The notes under the pieces are model-generated. The model ran no database searches and was not told where the DNA came from. It saw nothing but the letters and a program-made list of their open reading frames with translations. From Candidatus Danuiimicrobium aquiferis (GTDB lineage: Bacteria; Omnitrophota; Omnitrophia; Omnitrophales; Danuiimicrobiaceae), in NCBI GenBank assembly GCA_001804285.1, contig MHFR01000008.1:2740-66739 (forward strand): DNA of 64,000 nt, written 5' to 3'. Positions 36,801-45,800 of this stretch are shown piece by piece. Made by a program: the position numbers and the translations under genes. Numbering within the stretch: position 1 is the stretch's first letter; each line of letters starts with the position of its first letter.

Positions 36801-39800
36801 ATCATCCCTGTTAATTCTTCCCCAAAAATATTGCCGGGATGCGGATCTGAATGGAAAACCCCATCTGCAAGTGCCGCTAAGACAATGAGCAAAATCAATC
36901 TTCTGGCCGTTCTCCTCCGCAATAAAGGATTTTTCAACTCAGTGGCTTTAATACCTTTAACAAAACTCATTTCTAAAACATTCTCATTGCTTCCGTAAAT
37001 GGCGGGCTTACTGAATCCATCCGGATAGTGTCGAACGAGCTGTCTTGCCTGTTTGGCTTCGACATTCATATTAAGTTCGCGACGGACCGCTTTTTCAAAT
37101 TCCTCAAAAAACCGGGAAGGCGACATTTGAATAGCATCAGCTCCGGTAAATTTCTCCTTCGAGTTTTCCAGTGTCTTAATCACCTCTCTGATTTTTTCTA
37201 AACCGCTTAGGATTTTTCTTTTTTTTGCAGCAGGTACGACTTTCAAAACAACTTCTTGCCCATCGTGAGTTTTCGCAAGAAATGTGTCTGCCACCGTTCC
37301 GACTTTTAATCTTTTTAAATAAGGCATTTCGATTGCCGCACCCTCGATGGGCACCAACGCTTCGACAAGCGGTTTCCCATAGTAATTTTCAACGGAACGG
37401 ACTATCTCCCCCATTTCAGCGGGCGTCCCTTGATCTTGAAAAACCTCAAACGCCTCACGCATTCCTTCCGGCACCAAGCCTTCCCTCGTACTTAAAAACT
37501 GTCCCACCTTTTCAATTCCCGCAATTCTGAAAAATTCCGCATACGGTTGGGCGGCATGCCATTCCAGAAACCGGTCTTGAAGATCTTTTCCGTTTCTATC
37601 GAAAAGAAACAGTTGAAATCCATTTAAGTCCTTTGAGTATGAACTTCCGTCAAATTCACTCAAAAAATCTTGCTTGTTGGTCTCTGCGAAATATCTCCTT
37701 GCCTGCTGATAAAAATAAGTTTGGTCCTGGGAAGGATTCTTTCCATGATATTCCCCAAATGTGTTTAATATTTTTTCCTGATCACCCGCCGATAATCTTG
37801 AAAAGAACTCCCGTAATAAAAACTGCGCCAATTGAGGCAATGATTTAAGATGTTCTGAAAATCGGGCTATTTTCTCCATATCGGGCGGTTTGGCTGTGAA
37901 AACCCAATGCGCAGCATCCTCTTCTTCAATGTGCGGTGTTTGCATCCGACCCGCCAAGTAGCCGTCAACGCTGTAAGGACTAACTCCCAAAGGCAGGGTA
38001 CGGGCCGATGATTGAGGCGCTGAATCGGCAAAAATGGTCTTAACCCGCCCTGTGAATCCGGTCCTGCTGGCAATATAGCCCTCAACCGAGTGAGGTGACA
38101 AAGAAACGACGTCAACTTTTCGAACCTGTGGAACACGGCCCAAACTTTTCAAAACTGCTTCTGCGTTGGATAGATCATTCGGCGTGTTTAAATCAAGCAG
38201 GCCGTTTTCCTCTTTCACTTCATACATTCTTAACAAGTCCGTTCCCATAAAGAAACGGAAAAGAAAACCCGTTCTTACAATTGCGAAACGATTCAACTTT
38301 TTCGTTTTTTCATAATAAGCACGGCTGGATAGCGTATCTTTATGGACAGGGCCTTTAAACCATTGGATTAATTTAAATATAAATCTGACGAGTTTAAAAA
38401 CAAATGGGTGAAATAAATGAATACTGGCAGCAACTTCATGAATATTTTCCAGTTCATCGGCAGTTAAGTAACTGCCATCTGAAAGCTTGAGGCTTCCACC
38501 TTGCTCTTTTAAAAGGTCAATCTCCCGTTGTGTTGCGATTGTGTCAAATCTTCCGTTTCTTAATCGAACGATGCGGTCTACTCCATGCGGCTGAGTAAGA
38601 TGAGTGGTTACAAAGGTATAAAGCGCGGGCCAGCCACGCGGCGGTGAATGAATATGCATGGCATCAAAAATAATTTTCGGATTCGTAATGATCACATCTG
38701 CCGGCACGATCAATATGTGCTTGGACCTAAATTGATCTTGATATAAATCATACGGGGTAAATGCGGCATTCAGAGTACCAATATTGACCGGCACGACGGT
38801 GCTATGCGTCTGTTTTGCTGCTTCACTCACTCGAGAATCCGCTTGCGGATGCTCACCATTCAATACGGACACAAAAGATGTCAATCCGATTTCATCTGCT
38901 GTATCCAAAAAATACCGCATAAGCGGCTTCCCTGCCACATTTCTAATTTGTTTCGGCGTGGTATCCCCATCTGAAAACATCCGGCCGCTCGTTCCAGCAG
39001 CTAATTGAATTGCAACCCAAGAACTTAATTGATCTTTTCTGTCATTTTGTTCGCTCAATTTCTGAAAATCATAATGATGGACATCAAGAACAAAACGATA
39101 ATCAGGGATGAAAGGCGTAAACAGTGATGCTATCCGATTAGGAACAAGTAGGTGCGCTAATATCCATGCCACAAACCAATTCTTTTGATCAATCCGCGTA
39201 CTTCGAAGCAAGTGTTGCTGTCTGGCTTTATTAATGTCCTGTGCAACAAAAAGAGTTTTGGCTGCCCTTACCTTTTCGAAGAGAAATTTTGAAAATGTTC
39301 CTTCAATGATGATCATGGTATTCGGTTTTAGTGATTCGGAATTGATCATGTCTTTATTTAGGGCTTGCGAGAAGGATTGAATCTTTTCTTCATCAACATA
39401 ACAATTCGCAAGATAATGGATGAGTATTTTTTTCACGGTTTTACTTGGAATAACGGAAGCAAACAAACTGAAGGCAAAACCAAATAAAATCTGAAATACT
39501 AATTTAAATCCCCATGCCCGTGTTCGAGAAAAATCGCTCGTTTTGACCAGAATTACTTCACGCCCTCTTTGTTTTAAGAATGCCTGATATTCTTTGGCAA
39601 ATGTTGATTTCCCAACGCCAGGGACGCCATCTATCACAAGAATGAGATTCCGTTCTTTATCCTTCAAGAGTGAGGATGTTAATTTCTCAAACACTTGAAT
39701 ACGTTCAGAAACTGTTCCCACAGCGGCAGAAGATTCATTCCGTAGCTCGGAGCGAGGATTCATTTCCTCCTCGCCTGGAGCAGTCATTGACTTAACCAAA

Positions 39801-42800
39801 GTCAAGGGCATTTCGGCACGTCCGCCTTCGGCGGGAGTTTCGTTGCGCACTTCGGCCCTCGCAAAAGACTGCGAGGACACTCCCGCGCCGCGATCAATCA
39901 TCGACTTGGCACTATTTTCAATGTCGCGAGCTTCGGCCCTTGCAGCGGCATCATCTGGTCTTCGCCGCAACTGCAAGGACTCTTGTGCGTTTGGATCGCC
40001 CAAAACGGGGACAGGTTCTGATTTCACTGATACAGAACCTGTCCCCGTCTTTGGCGTGAAGTTGCGCACTTCTGACCGTCCTTGATTCAAATTTGAAATG
40101 AGTTTTTCGACACGCGGACGAACGGCTGACCAATTTGCATCGGCTTGAATCAAGTCGAGTAAATATCTGATTCGCGCTTCGACCTGACTGCTCACACGGG
40201 TCAAATACGGAATGTGATATTCGATTAATGAATTCACGAGCGCTTCGTTTTCTGAACGCACAAGACTGCGAACGAGAAGCGCAACAGCATCATAAGGATT
40301 ACCTTGATGGAATGGTTGTTCCTGATTGATCCAGCGCGTCACGTCCTTTGCTTGAATTTGATCAAGCTCACCCGGAACAACAAACCCGGCAATCATCAAT
40401 TCATCCGCCGGATCGTTATAACGCGTCATCCTGCGCGCACGGTTAATCGCAGCCGCCGCTTCAAGCGTTAGCAACTCACCGATCGGCACTTTAAAAAGCA
40501 TCTGCCGGTAAAGCTCAATATAATTTTTCGTTCGATTCAGCCAGCGATTATCCTGAATCAGCACTTGATACCGAATTTCACGTTCCGCCGCAGGATGATC
40601 TGCAAAAACCGTATAATGTTCGCGAGCCGATTTGAACCACTCAACGGGATTAAACAATTGAAACGCTTCAGCAAAATGAATATCGCCTTTATTAAAAGTA
40701 ATGGCACTGTCTTTCAGACCGTCCCGCCACGTTAAATGCCGAGGGACGCCGTACGCCGCAGCTTCTTGATTGCTGAGTCCGCCCGGTTCGAACGAAGACG
40801 GCATTCCGAACCGATCGGACCCCGAATAAATCAGTTCATAAAACGGTTCACTCGGTTCCACACGTCTGCCGATGTATCGAAATTGATTCGGAAAGCGAGC
40901 AGCGATATCGCCAAAACCTTGATCGTAAAACCTCCCTTTGTCCACAGCGCCGGCAATCACAAACTGTAAATCCGGATTCAATACCATGGCAACCTCAGCA
41001 GCCCGAAGTGCCCCCCGTTGATTTGTCCACGCATAGTCTTGAAGCTTTTTTTGCTCTTGGGCAGTAAGTTCATGGGCAATCCCCATTTCTTCAAAAAATC
41101 CTCCCGCTGTCCGCAAAATACCGGACTGATCGCCGCCGCGCCAAATTTCTGCCAGCAATAATTGATGCCCTTTTTGATCTCCGATCCGGTGCAGCATCGA
41201 ATAAACAAACTTTTCGCGATTCGTTTCTAACCCCACGGCCGCTTGAAGCCTTGCTTTTTGCAAGGGTTGGATGAACTCCGTAACCATGGCCGCAAGTTTT
41301 CTGCGTTCGGAGTCGTGCCCGATTTCCTGAAAACTGCGGATTGCCAGGTCCGGACGCGCCAGCACTTGCTCCAGCCAGTCCCGGTACTCAGGCCAGTCCT
41401 TATTCCATTCGTGATCATTCATTTTCTCGCGAATGGAATCTTGCACGCTAACCATGTTGAAGAAAGTTATCTTAAGTAATTGTTCGCGGCGGCTGAGAAT
41501 CGCATGTTTTTTTTGCCGATATTCGTCCGCACTTTTGGCTTGAATGTCTGAAATCTTACCGAAGGCGTCGTTCGGTTTTAAGATACGGTGGATTTCGCCG
41601 TAACGGTCATCATTTTCAATCACATTCTTAAGCGCCGCGAAAACGGCTGACGGGTTATCAAGCACGCACCGAATTAAATTCTCAAAACTTGTAAATGTTC
41701 TTTTCATCGCCGGCATTTTCATTATCTTTTTCATTTTGCGCCTGAGGTCGTGATTTTCGGAAAACATTTTTTTCATAAACGTCCGCTGACGCCCCACTAA
41801 ATCGAAGCCGTTCGGTGTGCCGTCATACGCACCCTTCTTTTTTGTCCCCGTCTCCGGATCAACAACTTCCTCTTCATTCCTTTGATTGAGCAGCGCGACT
41901 AAGTCCCCAAACTCTCTCGTGTACAGATCCACTAAACTTCGATCGTGATAGCCGCCGCTGACGGTTCTGAAATGGGCCGCTGTTTTAACTGCCGTATAGG
42001 CCGGATTAATGACATTCCACTCGCCAATATTCACTAAAATATCCCAGTCGGCGGACGGCCACATACCCAGATCGCTTACGATCATCGCATCACGTTCGGC
42101 TTCGTTATCCGCCGTTATACGGCCCTGATAAGCCCAATGGAGACTATGCCCGGTCGAAAGTACTTTCGTTCTATTCAAGTGCGGATCATGTTTCAATCCG
42201 GTCAAACCCGGATCGATGCGATCTCTCCCGTCAAGATATGCTTTCACGTAAGCGGTCGCCCAATCATTTGTATGAATGACGCCGGCGTGAATATTCATCT
42301 CGCGAATCGCAAGAAGCGTCCCCAAAGAAAGCATCCGTGCAAACCGGAGTTTGAAATTTTTCTTCCCGTCATACGCACTCGTGTCTCCTACTCTCAGGCG
42401 ATTGAAATAGCGGTCGTTTTCCAAATAAAGAACGCGGACTCCCTCGATATACGCTTCATAAATTTTCATTTCGGCGGATTCTTCCCCGTGTGCGCCGAAT
42501 TTCACCGTCACCGCTCGGCCGGTATCTTGCGGATGATATTTTGCAAACATCGTATGCTTTTCATTCCAGAACATCGGAACAACAACCGTCACCGGAATTC
42601 CTAATCGTGCAAGCTCTTTCGCCTGATCGCTGACATAAAAGCCAAGACCGCCGCTGCTGACGCTCCAATCCGATTCCGGAGAAGATAAAACGACCTCTCC
42701 GATATCATGTCCTCTCAATATCTGAATCGCATGAAATGACGCGTGCGGCGTAGCAGACCTGGTTTCCTCCGCAAATCGGACAGCAATGTCGATCAACATT

Positions 42801-45800
42801 TTGTGAATTCGCTCTTCAAACTCTTTACGATAAATCACAACATCATGAAATAAACTCGTCAGATCCCCGATCCGGATATCCGGATTCTTCACGACCAAAT
42901 CAGACAGCATATGGAATAATGACCCGAAAACAGCCGGATTGCTCCCGTTGATTTCAAGCGCCCGCGTAAGTTCACGCGAAGCGAAACTGCTCTCGAACCG
43001 GCCCTGAGAACCATATTTTTTGTAGCGGAGAAGCGAGTCTCTCAGGAGTTGCTGATACGCGGCGTTTCCAAATTTCGGAATCGTTTTACTTTTCCGGAAG
43101 AAACGAAGCGCCTTCGTCTCAAAAATATCGAGTGGCTTCCGAAGTCCCAAACCGAGGTTAGCTATTTCCCTCCCCGTAAACTGCATCCTTCGGATTCGTC
43201 GACTCTTGGCGCCAGAAGAAGGAATTTCGCGTAATTCATACACCGCGTCATCATCAAACAGGCCGAGCCCTTTTCCGTTCTGCATCGCGTCATCCGGATG
43301 AAAATTAATATCCGCCGCATAACGGGATCCTTGATGTGAAAGAAATAGAAAAAACTGATCGTCTTCAATCGGCTGGGCGATTCCTAAAACGCGGTCATGT
43401 CCGGCATCAAACGCAATCGGCCGATGAGATTCGAAAGCAGCTTCCAAATCCGGAACCCGCTTCGCTAACTTATCAAAATGCTCCTCATACCACGAAAGCG
43501 CGGTTTGTCCACCGGTTCTTACTTCAGACCGGGACATCGAACCTTCGGTCCCGCGGTGGTCCTCTTTTAAATACATCGTAATAAAAACAATTTTTCCGCT
43601 GACGCGCTCATTAACGCGATCTCCCGTCCTCCTGACAAGCCCTTCGTAATCAGCTACTTCGACATTTATGAATTCGGTTGCGTCGCCATAATTTTTCAAA
43701 TACCGAAGGAGTGATTGAACAACCGCTGCATATTCGGCAGGTGGAAAGGAGAACCAGCGCAATTCGTCTAAATCAGGGTGGCTCCATCCAGCTCCACGAT
43801 CATAATGAATCGAAAACGCGTTGATTCCGTGCGAATTATTTCTGTTTTCTGTCATTAAAACCCGTCTCAACTCTTCCATGCTGAGAACCCGCCCCACATG
43901 CAAAGACTCCACGTTATTGACTTCGCGTATCCCTCCTGTTTGAAGGCGGAGAAGCCCGGGCTGATGAGACGCCCATTCCGGCTGGCCACTCAACGCCCTC
44001 GCTTCGGCCCTTAACGCCGATTCATTCGGCGTTGTGAAGGGACGAGCTGTACTCGCAGCAACCTTCTCGTCAATACGAGGCTGCGAGTGCGCTTCGGCTC
44101 TCGCTTCATGAGACACGAGACGCGAAACAGGAGACACGTTTTCACTTACCGCTTGTCTCATGTCTCTTTCCCCTTCTATGCGCACCTCAGCCCTCGCTAA
44201 AGAGTCATCACCCGCAGACAGCCCATGAACTTCAATCGCCGGACCATCCGAAATTAAGTCTGTTTTTCCCAATTCGGTCAAAACACTCTGGATGACCGCT
44301 CGAATTTCACTCCGGTGATATTCGGCATCTTGGAGACCAATTTTTTCGCGCATCACATTCAGCGGAATACGCGCCGGACTTGACTGCGGAATATGCGAAG
44401 TGGCCGGCTCAAAGCTTGGCTTTAACAACATCCGTTCGTCATAGATAGTTTGCGGAACAATAGAATGAATTTTCGGAGAAACAGTGAGAAACGGAACGGA
44501 TCGGCGCTTCATCATAGCTTCAAATCCATCCGTATGAAAACCGCCGGTAACCAAGATTGATTTTGCATGCTTTCTTTGATGCCTGGCCCTGAGATAATTG
44601 CGAAACATCATTTTTTCCCGCTGAAATGCAAGCGTGTAGAAGCGGAGGCATTCGGTAAAGAGCGCGTTGAACTGATCATCATTGAAATTCGCACTCTTGC
44701 TATCCCCGCCCAGCTCCTCTGTCATTCCCGCGAAGGCGGGAATCCAGCTGGATCCCCGCTTACGCGGGGATGACAACCGTTCCATCATCACATCCGGCAT
44801 CAACTCTTCTTTTCTTTTCACCACGCTTTGAAACTCGTCCCGTGTTAATTCGAGAGCAAAAAGAGATTTCAGCAATTGATAATCGTCGATCGTTTTGACA
44901 AACGCCCGCTCTTTTTCGTTCGTAGTCAATGCATTTAAAATTTCATCCGTCAGCTTTTTAGTTTCTTCGTGAATTTTATTCGCATCAAGTTCTTCGGCAA
45001 GTACCCGCCCAGACCAATAATGAACCATGCGGGGATAGGATGAAAAAGCAAAACCCTTATTTGCCGCTTCCAAATAAAAAGATTCCAGAAGTGCACGGGT
45101 ATTTGTCAACTGTCCTTCGTCCCCGGGCTTCTGAGAATTTCGTTTAAAAAGATATTCATACCGGGTTATCCAGCTTCCTAAATCGTGCTTTCTGATCCAG
45201 TCACTCAGCTGCGTCTCTTCCTTTTGATATTCAACTTCCGGAATCTTCCGGGATTCTTTTTCTAAATCCTGCATCGTAAAATACCGCACAAGCTGCGGAT
45301 GTGTGATTTGATGTTTGGCTTCATGCAAATCCAAATCTATAAATTTCGCGGCCGACCTCCCCAAAAACTCCAGGTAAGAGGCGAACTCGGCGGAATCATT
45401 TCGGTAACTTACATATTCGCGCACAAATTCCCTCAGGTTTGAATTAAGCGCGGTTGCCTCAACATTCTTTAATTGTTCTGCCACGCTCGCCAAATATTGC
45501 TCTGCGTTTTTCTTTTGCTCGTATACTTTTCTGAAACTGAATAAGTTTTCCCGGTAAAGATCCGCGTCTTCAAGCCCATAAAGCTTGACACTCCCCTTTT
45601 GCTGCAGGTGAAATAATTCAACCCCGCCGATTTCTCCGATTTCCAGTAACCGTTCGGCGACTTTTTTATTCAGCGAATCGTCTTTAAAAAAACGGAGCAA
45701 GTCGGGAGAAATTTCACCGGCGAGACCGCCTTCCAGAAAAATCGTGTCAAAGCCATACTCGCTTTTCAGGTGAGACAGTAAATTTCCGATATTTTTCTGC

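Noticed and set aside
15692-40078. Linker clusters as a CRISPR array or canonical integron attC sites
   Set aside because: Spacing is irregular, repeats are in frame and divergent, there are no RYYYAAC/GTTRRRY boxes, and no cas or integrase gene is in the window
7109-44773. Other short ORFs overlapping the giant gene
   Set aside because: No recognisable motifs; many are shadows of the linkers. Only the four TA genes are supported
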